Shown here piece after piece: positions 39,338 to 52,145 of a stretch of 64,000 nucleotides of DNA (its first letter is position 1; every line of letters begins with the position of its first letter). This stretch comes from Octopus sinensis. Taxonomy: Eukaryota. The notes under the pieces are model-generated. The model saw nothing but the letters and a program-made list of their open reading frames with translations. It was not told where the DNA came from and made no database searches. The stretch is taken from NCBI RefSeq assembly GCF_006345805.1, contig NC_043000.1:930001-994000 (forward strand), in the 5' to 3' direction. The translations under genes were made by a program, and so were the position numbers.

Positions 39338-41016
39338 GTGCATGTATGTGTGTGTGTATAAATATATACATTTATATATATACTCTTCACTCTTTTACTT
39401 GTTTCAGCATTTATATATATATATATATATATAGATATATATATATATATATACATGCATCCATCCATCCATCCACTCATACATACATACATACATACAT
39501 ACATACATACATACATACATACATACATACATACATACATACATACATAATATTTTTATAAACAAACCCGATAGGCTTTGCGAGTTACGGAGAGAGAGCT
39601 ATTATGGAAGGTCATTTGTTTATATTTAACAATCCTCGCTTTAAAATCGGAGAATAAATTTCATTATGATATATATCATATACAATCATATATATATATA
39701 TATATATATAAATCGAGTTTAACGCAGGTATAAATCATATACTTTTACTTTCGACACATGTTTGGAAGATTTCACTGATATTATTCAAAAGACTAAATGG
39801 TATAAAACAATGCAATCTTCTCTTCAGGGAAGTGAAAAAACAAAACTCGTCAATAACTCATTTTAACAGAAAATGATGAATATGTATAGTGATTTACTGA
39901 ACGCTATTAAAATTGTTTGAAAAAATGTTATATGATATAACGTCAGAAGTAGCCTATAGAAAGAGGAGGGATATTTATAGTGAATGTTAAATATAAAAGA
40001 AAATTAATGTTTAAATTATATATAATGATAGAGATTACTTATATGAACTAAAGGTGTGTTTTTGCCAATGTTTACATCGGTATGCATGTTCTATAACCGT
40101 GTTTACTAGGGGATTTTTAGAAAAAATAATGAAAAATAGTTCAGAATTATAGAGAAGACAGAATTCCTTGCCTTTGTCATAAGGTAACGAGATTGAGAGA
40201 ATCAACCATTCTAAATTAAATAGTTCATTGTTGTCTTTTAGATCCCAAATTAATTTACTGAGTCCAGTACTGTTACGTTTATTCCTATCCCTAAATGTTG
40301 AGTAATGGATAGAAATTCTTTTAGATAACTCTAACGACGTGTTTCCAATGTAAAATCGTACTTTATTATGTGTATTGACTATACACTGGTATACAGAATT
40401 TTTGATTTTAGAATTACATTACATAAACTTAATTCTGTTGGAACTGACTTCAGATACAATAAAAAATACAACACAAAAAATCTCTTACATATTATCTCTT
40501 CACGTAATAACAAACTTTTAAATATTAATACATTCACTAATACTAACATTAATTTAGCTAATCCCTCTAGAAATATTAATAACAAGGTTATTGTATCTGA
40601 AGTCAATTCCAACGAGCATTTCTGGAAATATAAAGAAGAATTCATCAGGAAGTACGCAAAAAAAAAATGATATTCCAACCCCCACAAACCCAAAAAATAA
40701 TGGAATTCTGTCCTTTTTTATATATATAAAACACATATATATACATGTATATGTATATGTATATATATATATCCAAATAGAAGTGGATGACACCTACTCT
40801 TTCAATTATTTGATCGTTGAAGAGAAGTATAACCCTCTGAGGTAAACTACCATTTCACTAACCACTCTCCCCTACACTGTACATGTGAACTTAAATACTT
40901 GAGTAGTGTAGATACTAGATCAACGAACTAAAGGGTAAAATTTATATTACAAAAAAATATTTTAATAATAATTAAGCTGATTAGAACTACCAGTGAAATC
41001 ATTCTTTTTCTTTTTT

Positions 41017-41080
<64 letters not shown>

Positions 41081-41093
41081 CCATATATGTATA

Positions 41094-41292
41094 TATAATT
41101 ATTGCGACTTTTTTTCAATAAATGTTATTCAACAAAAATTTTAAACAAGGCGCCAATTTAAACAAAACGCCAAGCAGAAATTGAAGTAGATAGTGAATAC
41201 GCTCCGGAATAATCATTTAGAGATGCTTTTGTTAAATGTTGTTATTGTTTGTGTTGAATAAAATTTATTGAAAAAAAGCCGCAATGATTATA
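41094..41292. repeat. ~41 bp imperfect terminal inverted repeats next to (TA)n
   Basis: tataattattgcgacttttttcaataaat.ttattcaaca and its reverse complement. Confidence 0.75.
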
Positions 41293-42116
41293 CACCAACC
41301 TATTTATAGATCCAAGCACTCATAAGCACACACACGCAGGCACGTACAGCACACCTACACACACATACATATATATACATATAATATACATACCTATTTA
41401 CACAAACAGGGCATACATACATACGTATATGTTTGTATATAATAAATACTTGTACATCTAAATATTTGTATACGACTTGACTTCATTTGAAACTACATTC
41501 CATTGAAAACAAATCATTTTCTTCAACGAGATATATCAAATGGAATCTATTACGAAATCGCAATGTACGTAAGTGGGTCAGGTAACTATTAAGTCATGTA
41601 TCACATGAGCATTATATAAGTATTATATCTTAGGTATTTGCAATAGATGACAGATCACAGAGCGGTTGTGTTTCTCCTGCGAGAAAGACGTTGTTGAAGG
41701 TATGTCTGATTATTTGATGAATTTTCATTTATTTTCACCGATTTGTCTTACTTATGTTTCACTGCAATACAACATCAAAAGTAGAATATTCTAAGTACAC
41801 AAACGTAACATACAGACACATAGATACCACCCGAGTAGGTAAATACATACATACATACATACACACACCACACACACACACACATACTGGCCGCAGTCAA
41901 ATGACTGAAACAAGTAAAACAATAAAAGAATATAATATAAATAATATGATACAACATAATATATTGATTTCAAATTTAAGCAAACCAAAACCTTATGAAA
42001 GGATTTGGTTGACAGAAACTGAAAGAAGTTGTCTCACTCAGACATTTATTAAGTACACACACACACACCACACACACACACACACCACACACACACAACA
42101 CACACACTATATATAT

Positions 42117-42166
<50 letters not shown>

Positions 42167-43726
42167 CAGGGTGATTCGAAAGTCGCCATACATAGGAATA
42201 ATCTATTTTTTATAAGAAACGTTTTTAAGAATATATTTCGTTTTTGTATTTGGTTTGCAAGATTCTTTATATGAGTTCGTGTGTTGAAGGATAATCTGTT
42301 GTGTCTGGGGAGAGTCATTTTCTTTTTATGCCTCATAATTTAACACACTCACCGGCAAAATTTCCACTTATTTCTTATTTTTATTTTCCTAGAATTTTCG
42401 TTGCATCTTGCAACCTTTTTAATAGTCTTGAAAATTAATTATATAATTAAAATTAAATTTATAAGAATAGTTTTTGTTCATTTAATACACTCTATATAGT
42501 TACCATTGCTTTGAATACTCATAACGAAACATTTACTCCACTCATTGTGAACTCGTAATAGCACATCTGGTGATACGTGTGCAAAGGAGTTGGTGATGCC
42601 TTCCTTCAAATGATTTGTCTTTTATCTTTTCGCGATACACCATGCCTTTCAAATGCCCCCCAAAGATATAAATCAAGAGGGGTCAGATCAGGGGATTTTG
42701 GAGGCCACTCAGTTGGTCCACGCCTACCAATCCAGGCATCTGGAAATGTCTGATCTGATCCAACCACTGATGCACTTGAATAGCATAATGATGTGGGGCT
42801 CCATCTTCCTGGAGGTAAATTGGAAAGTTACCGTCCTCGTTTAGCAGTGATAGGAAAATTTCTTCTTGCAACATGTTGAGATACTTTTCGGCATTAAGAT
42901 TTCCATTAACAAAAATTGGACCAATGATTTTGTCACCCCATATCCCAGCCCAAACCATCACTTTATCAGCACCTTGCATCTTTTTTGCACTCATCCAGTG
43001 AGGGTTATCATTGCTCCAATAACGCATGTTTTGGCTATTAACCTCTCCAGTGACGCAAAAGTTAGCTTCGTCAGTAAACAGGATCTTAGTTGAAAAGACT
43101 GCACCATCATTCAATTTGATTGATGCCCATTCACAAAATTCCAGTTGTCTATCTGGATCATCTTCACTCATATGTTGTAGCATCAGCAGTTTGTACGGAT
43201 GCCACTTATTTGATTTTAAAATGCACGTGATACTTGGTTGAGTGACCCCAATTTCAGCAGCCAATCTTCGTGTACTTCTACAGGGGTTCCGTGTTATTGA
43301 TGCGAGGAACCTAACTGTTCTGTTTTCATCTGTTGCTGTACTTGTTCCACCACATCTTCTTTGATCTTCAACAGATCCATTTTTTAAAAAAAACTTTATC
43401 ATAACTTTTGCAACGGTATCGTGTGTTATGTTGGTTCCATGTTTTCTATTAAATCCTGCTGCAATCTTGCGACTGCTTCCAGATATGGCCATCAGTATGA
43501 TTTCAATTCGTTGTTCTTTTTGTAAATGACAGTTTTTGGGTGTCTGAAAATAAAAAAAAAGTAACAAGTTAAAAAATGAGTGGTATCAACGTATTTCAAT
43601 GTGTATTCGAAACAATGCTAACCATATAGAGCCTGTTAAATAAAACAAAAAAACTGTTCTTATAAACTGTTTCTTATAAAAACAAAATTCATTTTTCCTA
43701 TGTATGGTGACTTTTGATTCACCCTG
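42167..43726 (-). mobile_element. DD41D (rosa/Visitor-like) Tc1/mariner transposon, nearly intact
   Basis: Imperfect TIR cagggtga.tc.aaagtc.ccatacatagga with TA flanks; FTDEANF, QEDGAP, then WPPKSPDLTPLD in another frame. D2-D3 spacing is 41 after removing the TGATC duplication at 42751-42760. Confidence 0.88.
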
Positions 43727-43744
43727 TAAATATATATATATATT

Positions 43745-44670
43745 ATCCATGATAAGATGGCTTCTACACGCAAACTTACACACATACACATACATACACA
43801 CACATACGCACACATACATACATACGCACATACATACACACACATATACATACATACACACACACACACATATATATACATACATACAAACACACACACA
43901 TGCACACATACACGCATGCACACATACATACATACACACACACATACATACACTACATACACAAATACATACATACACACACATACATAAACATACATAT
44001 GTACACACACGCACATACACACATACACGCATGCAAAAATACATACATACACACATACGTACATACATACATACACACACACATACATACGTACGTACAT
44101 ACATACATACACACACACATATACACACACATACATACATACATACACACATACACACACACATACACACATACATACACACACGCATGCATACACACAT
44201 ACACACACATACATACATACACATACACACACATACACACATACATACACACATATAAACACACATATAAGCCCCTACATTGTACACACACGCACACATA
44301 TATACATACATTCACTCGCACGCACGTACACACACACGCACACACACATTTACATATATATATATATAATATACACTCACACACACATACACGCGTACAA
44401 ACACATACAAACTCACATACACACCGACAGATATACATACACAATATACACCTATCCGCGCACGCACACATACACACAAACACATACAAACGCACACATA
44501 CACGCACATACATACATTCTCACACAAATGAACCCACATATACATCCCCCTACACACACACGCACGTACAAGCACACACGTACTAGGTTACGCCACACAC
44601 CCACACTCTACGCATACACACACGAACACACACATGCACACACACACACTACAAACAACACACACACTAT
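43745..44670. repeat. Long degenerate (CA)n/(CATA)n tract
   Basis: Directly visible. Confidence 0.95.
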
Positions 44671-44979
44671 GATGTTTTTTGACCTGGCTTTGACCTAGCT
44701 TGACACAAACAGCTAGCAGTCATCACCACAGCTGGCTTTGTCATTACCTCTATTCACCAAAAATACACACACACACGCACAAACACACTTGTCATCTTGC
44801 ACACACACACACAACACACACACACACAGGCATTCCCTTTTTTTGGAACTCTCTTGCATTATAAAATCATTTTTCAACTACCTCCAAATTCTGTTCTTTT
44901 CAACATGTGATCTCTTAAGCACCACCAGCTCAAATATTGTCTCCTCTGTCTTCCCTCCTTGGGATCTTTCCTTCTCCTT

Positions 44980-45014
44980 GTTTCCGACGAAGAGCTCTGC
45001 TCGAAACGTTAAAC
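44980..45014 (+). ncRNA. Hammerhead-like motif, U4C core variant
   Basis: gttt CCGACGA agagc-tct-gctc GAAA cg TT aaac. Confidence 0.55.
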
Positions 45015-45128
45015 CCTCCTTCCCTTCTTTCCTGAGCGTCAATAATACTTTAATTGTTCCACGTCCTCGCGTTGCTGTGTTTTTTTCTCTTTTTTTCTCT
45101 TTTTTTCTGTGTTTTCTTGTTTGGATTA

Positions 45129-45203
<75 letters not shown>

Positions 45204-45341
45204 ACCACATTTTATCAATTCAAAAGGAACAATTAAATTACATCATCGAGAAAATTACATATAATAGAAATATCAAATATAAAATAACAATAATTAAGTA
45301 ATGTGCAAAATAATAAATAAAAAAGTATATATTTAGTAGAA

Positions 45342-45445
45342 TAACGACACGTGTTTCGAGGCTATATTTAAGAAATTATTATAGTAAAAAAATTAACGGT
45401 AGTAGTAAAATCACTTCGATATTAATACAGCCACTCATCAGGTTA
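45342..45445 (-). ncRNA. Type-I hammerhead motif with long stem II insertion
   Basis: taac CTGATGA gtggctg...tagcctc GAAA cacgtg TC gtta. Confidence 0.75.
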
Positions 45446-45546
45446 AAAATAAACTACAATAATAAAATAATTAATTAATAAATATACGTAAATAATCTTT
45501 TAAAATATAAATATATTCTTTAATATGTATATATATATATATATAA

Positions 45547-46078
45547 TTATATAATTAGGGCTTAGTAAAATAAATTACTTTGCCACATACTGAACTTAGT
45601 AGAAATAGCAGCCAAAAAAAAATTTTTTAGCTATTTCTCCTACTTAAAGAAAATTTCTCTCAGATAATGTTTACTCCAGACAGCTCACGAAGGTTTGGAG
45701 GTAAATACAGAAAAATATCACAAGTACATAGATCGTTTGAGTACGTCAACGTTTCAAGATTAGCCAAATAAAATCAGCATTTCTTTCGTCAGCTCAAACT
45801 TTCTTAATTTGGATTTGGAAACACTAAAAAGAAGGAACTTTACCTATCGGCGAACTTGTCGCTTCAGATGAACCAGCTCCAACTGCCAGTGCCAACAAAT
45901 TCAAAATGCGCAGGCGTAAATCTCTGCACTCCTCTTCCACCCACGTGGAAATAGCTAAATAGTAGTAGAAATAGCTAAATAGTAGTAGAAATAGCTAAAA
46001 AAAATTTTTGGGGCTGCTATTTCTACTAAGTTCAGTATGTGGCAAAGTAATTTATTTTACTAAGCCCTAATTATATAA
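45547..46078. mobile_element. Element with ~90 bp terminal inverted repeats enclosing a hammerhead
   Basis: ttatataattagggcttagtaaaataaattactttgccacatactgaacttagtagaaatagcagcc at both ends; arms resemble those at 7162. Confidence 0.8.
45735..45799 (-). ncRNA. Fully paired type-I hammerhead ribozyme motif
   Basis: gtttgag CTGACGA aaga...tctt GAAA cgt-tg-acg TA ctcaaac: 7 bp stem I, 4 bp stem II, hairpin stem III. Confidence 0.82.
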
Positions 46079-46172
46079 TGTATATTTTGAATTCGCCTTA
46101 AATGGTCCTTTTACATACTGAACACTTGGGAAATTGATTAATTAATTTTACCCTCAATTGTTGATATAATAT

Positions 46173-46297
46173 ATATAAGATACTAAATATACATTAAGTG
46201 AAAACTAAATACAATACTTTAAATTTAATTAATATACACAATGCTAGTGTATAATTTAAGTATTGTGTTAGTTTTCACTTAATGTATATTAGTATCT

Positions 46298-46302
<5 letters not shown>
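46173..46302. repeat. AT-rich ~55 bp-arm hairpin next to (TA)n
   Basis: atataagatactaaatatacattaagtgaaaactaa versus ttagttttcacttaatgtatattagtatcttatat. Confidence 0.75.
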
Positions 46303-46336
<34 letters not shown>

Positions 46337-46394
46337 ATATTATATATATATACTAGCAGAAAGACCATGTATCCCTGCCCCGTAAAATTCTGTT

Positions 46395-46751
46395 GACTGT
46401 TCTTTGAGCCCCTTCTTCACTACAATTTTCATTTTCTCGTCACTGGAATAATTTAGCGCCTTAAGACTATCATCTCTTCGGCCCCGTGAAAGAGAGTTTG
46501 AGAGGCAAAGATTATCCCAGTGACGAGGAAGTGAAAACTGTAGCGAAGTGGCTCAAAGAACAATCAACAGAATTTTATGGGGCAGGGATTACGTGCTCTC
46601 ATTCGAAGGTGGAACATTGCTATTGAGAGAAAAAGTAGAGATGAGGACTAGAGCTAGAAGACTAGCGTCATTTTGATGTATGATACATGTTCCTGTGTTG
46701 GTAATTATACCTGTCCTAAACAAAACGGCTTAACTTTATGACTCATCCTCG
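46395..46751 (+). mobile_element. mariner C-terminal remnant with right TIR
   Basis: DYHLFGPVKESLRGKDYPSDEEVKT...KWLKEQSTEFY; ends ...tatgactcatcctcgt. Confidence 0.75.
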
Positions 46752-46785
46752 TGTGTGTGTGTGTGTGTGTGGTGTGTGTGTGTGT

Positions 46786-46816
<31 letters not shown>

Positions 46817-46827
46817 AGCGTGTGTAT

Positions 46828-47140
46828 GAGGCGCAATGGCCAAGTGGTTAGGGCAGCAGACTCGAAATCACGTGATAAGGATCGCGGTTTCGATTCCCAG
46901 ACCGGGCGTTGTGAGTGTTTATTGAGCGAAAACTCCTAAAGCTCCACCAGGTTCCTGCAGGGGATGGTGGCGATCCCTGCTGTACTCTTTCACCACAACT
47001 TTCTCTCACTCTTTCTTCTGTTCGCCTGCTCGCTTAGCCAGTGGGGTGGCGTCATTTGAAGGTTAAAGAATGCGAAGCGCATTGTGACCAGCGATGTTTA
47101 GCAACATCTGGTAGCGCGGTCGGTCACGGTGGTCTCGGTG
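46828..47140 (+). mobile_element. SINE family C, tail type 3
   Basis: Same first ~190 nt as the other copies, different 3' tail. Confidence 0.8.
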
Positions 47141-47141
47141 A

Positions 47142-47638
47142 TGTATATATATATATATATGCATGCATACATATATACATACATGCATACATGTATGTAT
47201 ATATGTAGGTAGGTATGTAGGTAGGTAGGTAGGTGTGTGTGTATGTATGTATGTATGTATGTTTTATGTATGTATGTATGTATATATGTATGTATGTGTG
47301 TATGTATGTGTGTATGTATGTATGTATGTATGTATGTATGTATGTATGCATGCATGTATGTATGAATGTATGTATGTATGTATGTATTTATGTATGTATG
47401 TAAGTATGTATGTAATGTATGTATGTATGTATGTATGTGTGTGTATGTATGTATGTATGTATGTATGTATGTATGTATGCGTGTGTATGTATGTATGTAT
47501 GTATGTGTGTGTGTATTTATTTATTTATGTATGTGTGTATGTATGTATGTATGTATGTATGTGTGTATGTATGTATGTATGTATGTATGTGTATGTATGT
47601 ATGTATGCATGCATGCATGTATGTATGTATGTATGTAT
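47142..47638. repeat. (TATG)n microsatellite
   Basis: Directly visible. Confidence 0.95.
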
Positions 47639-47887
47639 GATGAGAAGCTGTGTTGGGATCTCAACACCGTCTCAAAATTTTTGTAAAATTACCTGAAGTG
47701 AACTTACTTGAAACGGTATTTAAAAATGTGACAGCAACTCGAAAACACTGGAATTTATAAATTCGAGGTGTAATAATGTATGTGTGATAAGAAATCAAGC
47801 ACTTCGAGTTGAAAATAAGCCACAAATGGTACTGTTAGTTACCTAACTGCATCCCTGGAGATACATTTATAAATAACTCTAAAATTA

Positions 47888-48114
47888 TACCTATTTCTTT
47901 ATTACCCACAAGGGGCTAAACACAGAGGGGACAAACAAGGACAGACATAGGTATTAAGTCGATTACATCGGCCCCAGTGTGTAACTGGTACTGTATTTAT
48001 CGACCCCGAAAGGATGAAAGGCAAAGTCGACCTCGGCGGAATTTGAACTCACAACGTAACGCAGACGGAATACCGCTAAGCATTTCGCCCGGCGTGCTAA
48101 CGTTTCTGCCAGCT
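47888..48114 (-). mobile_element. SINE family B monomer
   Basis: Full-length copy. Confidence 0.85.
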
Positions 48115-48131
48115 ACCACATTTCATATATT

Positions 48132-48465
48132 GATGCGCATGGCTCAGTGGTTAGAGCGTCGAGCTTACGATCGTGAGGTTGTGAGCTCGAATCCCGGACC
48201 GGGCTGTGTGTTGTGTTCTTGAGCAAGGCACTTTCTTTCACGTTGCTCCAGCTCACTCAGCTGTAGAAATGAGTTGCGACGTCACTGGTGCCAAGCTGTA
48301 TCGGCCCCTTTGCCGTTCCCTTGGATAACACTGGTGGCGTGGAGAGGGGAGGCTGGTATGCATGGGCGACTGCTGGTCTTCCATAAACAACCTCGCCCGG
48401 ACTTGTGTCTAGGAGGGTTACTCTCTAGGTGCAATCCCATGGTCTGTGTCGTGACCGAAGGGCGT
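48132..48465 (+). mobile_element. SINE family D
   Basis: tRNA-like head tggctcagtggttagagcg...gctcgaatccc; central ttgagcaaggcactt...cagctgtagaaatgag domain. Confidence 0.85.
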
Positions 48466-49728
48466 CTCCGATGCGCTTTAAAAATATGTAATATATTATA
48501 AATAAATATGACGACTCAAATTTAGGGCTGTTGAAAAGGCAGATAATGACAATTAAAGCATTCGGTGACACAGTTTTTATGATTGTCAAAATAGATTCAT
48601 TGACTACAGCGTCAAATAACCTTGACCGTCGAGAGATTTTATCGGTAGCTTAGCGTCGATATTGTTTTCAACACAAGTAATTTACATTGGAGAGAATGGG
48701 ATAGTTTAGACTTAATCTTTTACATCTAAATCGTATCACATCAGATGAGTAATCAAATTATCTGTATGGGATACTACCTTTCTCAGCAAATTGCAAATGG
48801 CCCGGTGCTTCACTGTCATATGACCCTTAAGCGTCAATTTCTCTGACAACTTCATGAAACAGAAGTTTTTGCCTAACTCCATAAAAATGCAGTTTATATC
48901 TCTGTTATATAACTCATTGTATGTAAGCATATGGATATGAAAATAAACAGATCAACATACAGACGGATAGGTACATAGGTTATATGAACAGACAAGCACA
49001 CATACGCAAATGGAGACTGGCACACATGACCATATGTACACACACACTTTACTCCACACAAGGACACATATGGAGACACGGATCCACACATACTGAGATG
49101 CACATCCATACATACAAACATGGTACATAGTTGCATAACACACACAAGGAGACAGAGGTGCATAATATACAAACACACACTTACACACACACATACAGAG
49201 AAAATACACAAACACGGATATGCAAGCACATGAATATGCAGAATACATACAGATGCACACACATACATACATATATATAAATGCATACACACACATATGT
49301 ATATATATATACATACACATGTATACATACATACACACATACATACGTACATGCATGCATGCATAGGAACGCACACACACTGACCCACACACATGCGCAC
49401 AAACAAACAATAAGGAACGCAGTGTAAAAAACGGACAGAGTCAGGACTATTGAAAAGGTTGCAAGACGCAACGAAAATCTTAGGAAAATAAAAATAAGAA
49501 ATAAGTGGAAATTTTACCGGTGAGTGTGTTAAATAATAAGGCACAAAATGAAAATGACTCTCTCATTGGATACCATTAAAAAAGCTTCATCGAGTTTGGA
49601 CATTTAAACTCAATTCTTTATATCTACATGGATAATAAGAATAGAAACTGGGACTACGTAGAATCAATTAGTTAGTGAACAATCAAAGCGTCTAAACTAA
49701 ATATAAAACCCGCTATCTTTGGGTTGAA

Positions 49729-50060
49729 GGTGCGTGGCTCAGTGGTTAGAGCGTCGAGCTTACGATCGTGAGTTTGTGAGCTCGAATCCCGGACCGGGCT
49801 GCGTGTTGTGTTCTTGAGCAAGACACTTTATTTCACGTTGCTTCAGTTCACTCAGCTGTAGAAATGAGTTGCGACGTCACAGGTGAAAAGCTGTATCGGC
49901 CCTTGCCTTTCCCTTGGACAACATCGATGACGTGGAGAGGGGAGGCCGGTATGCATGGGCGACTGCTGGTCTTCCATAAAACAACCTTGCCCAGACTTGT
50001 GCCTCTGAGGGTAACTCTCTAGGTGCAAACCCATGGTCAGTGTCTGACCGAAGGGGGTCA
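49729..50060 (+). mobile_element. SINE family D
   Basis: Full copy; TSD-like ctatctttgggt at 49713-49724 and 50064-50075. Confidence 0.9.
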
Positions 50061-50396
50061 TTACTATCTTTGGGTGTGGTGATGTGTGAACTGGTGATGA
50101 GAGTGTTGTAATTATAATCCTTGGATCTTGGTTTTGATTGACAATGCAAAACCTTTCATGTCATGCTGCCCCAGTTTTCTCAGTTGTAAACGACTTCTAG
50201 CGATAACTAAAGAATCAACCCCGCGACGGACTGGCGTCTTCTTCAGGGTGTATGGAACTTTGTTATCTCAGCCAATAGTATGCCAGGAAAACTGGGTTAA
50301 GCTCCTATCGCATTAGTCCTAAGTTTCATGGCCAGACACGAATCTAAGTCTAAACCAATCTGGGTTTGCAACTTAATACATTACAACTATTAAGTT

Positions 50397-50777
50397 GGAG
50401 GCGCAATGGCCCAGTGGTTAGGGCAGCGGACTCGCGGTCGTAGGATCGCGGTTTCGATTCCCAGACCGGGCGTTGTAAGTGTTTATTGAGCGAAAACACC
50501 TAAAGCTCCACGAGGCTCCGGCAGGGGATGGTGGTGATCCCTGCTGTACTCTTTCACCACAACTTTCTCTCACTCTTACTTCCTTTTTCTGTTGTACCTG
50601 TATTTCAAAGGGCCGGCCTTGTCACTCTCTGTGTCACGCTGAATATCCCCGAGAACTACGTTAAGGATGCACGTGTCTGTGGAATGCTCAGCCACTTACA
50701 CGTTAATTTCACGAGCAGGCTGTTCCGTTGATCGGATCAACCGGAACCCTCGTCGTCGTAACCGACGGAGTGCTTCC
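50397..50777 (+). mobile_element. SINE family C, tail type 2
   Basis: TSD-like acattacaa at 50378-50386 and 50778-50786. Confidence 0.9.
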
Positions 50778-51022
50778 ACATTACAAGTCAAATACGGTTT
50801 AGGTAGTTCATGTGCCCCAGGACAAAGTAGATAAATGGAATAAAACTTAAAGGCATCGTAGTTATATTTAAAGCATATATCTAATTTAAGATGCATTGGT
50901 TATACCGTGAGACTCATGTGTTTTTGTCGAATTAAATGAGCTTCTGAAAACTTCCCTATTGCATGTATTAGTCGATGAGAAAACAACCGTTGGATTTTTT
51001 GTCAGTAAAATTTAGCTACAAA

Positions 51023-51060
<38 letters not shown>

Positions 51061-51587
51061 GACCAGCGCCACGATAACACCGCTTTCTTCGTCTGCCGTA
51101 AGGCATTATTTTTCAAATACGCCAGCTGAGTTCAATTCGTCTAAGTCGAAAGACGCCTGTTGTTATCTCCTGTTATTATTATTATTATAGTTTTTTGTAT
51201 TTATATTCGTATTATTTTTTGTTTTTTGTATCTATATTCGTGTAACATCGTCCGTTTTTCTGTCCTTGTTTTGTGTTCATTCGATCCTTTTTCCAAGAAA
51301 TCTAATGCTCGTAGCTTAGTTTTTCCTTGGGGCTGGCCAGATCGGAGCAATCTCAAGATTAATCAGCCGAAATTGCGAGGATGATCCGGTTCTTGACTGA
51401 AGATTAGAAGCTTCGAATAACCCGTCCGTGTTTTTTGCATCGTCTATTTAAATATTTGCGTTCTTGCCCCATTTTGTATATATATATATTATATATATAA
51501 TATATATATTGATAAAATGGTAGACAAACAAGGAAAGAAAGAGACCTCGATATTATGAAATAGAGGAATTTATCTGTAAATGTAATA

Positions 51588-51800
51588 TGTGACAATTATT
51601 CGGTAGCCATAATAAAACTCCGAGTTTCGGATGCCGAGGTGGAAATCCACGCCGCCATTCTTCAGTTATCCGGCCATCGCTATCCAGCTTTTTCCTAGCA
51701 TTTTTCCGATGGCCGGATGACAAAAGAGATGGCGGCGTGGATTTCCACCTCGGCATCCGAAACTTGGAGATTTATCATGGCTACCGAATAATTGTTTACA
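51588..51800. repeat. GC-rich imperfect palindrome (~90 bp arms), MITE/fold-back-like
   Basis: acaattattcggtagccat...tttcggatgccgaggtggaaatccacgccgccat and its reverse complement. Confidence 0.85.
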
Positions 51801-51805
51801 TATAC

Positions 51806-51809
<4 letters not shown>

Positions 51810-51861
<52 letters not shown>

Positions 51862-52017
51862 TATATATATTAGATATATAGATAGATAGATAGATAGATA
51901 TATAGATAGATAGATAGATAGTAGATAGATAGATAGATAGACAGACAGAAGACAGACAGACAGACAGACTGACTGACTGACTGACTGACTGACTGACAAA
52001 CAGACAGACAGACAGAC

Positions 52018-52052
<35 letters not shown>

Positions 52053-52076
52053 AGATAGATAGATAGATAGATGATA

Positions 52077-52113
<37 letters not shown>

Positions 52114-52145
52114 AGATAATAGATAGATTGATAGATAGATAGATA
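51810..52145. repeat. Compound (TA)n/(GATA)n/(GACA)n/(GACT)n microsatellite
   Basis: Directly visible. Confidence 0.95.

Noticed and set aside
40368-40693. Overlapping ~100 aa AT-rich ORFs on both strands
   Set aside because: Low complexity, no recognisable motif and no clear splice sites.
49729-49801. tRNA-Val(TAC)-like cloverleaf, and similar heads in SINE-A and SINE-C
   Set aside because: The acceptor stems do not pair properly and each head continues into a conserved SINE body, so these are not tRNA genes.
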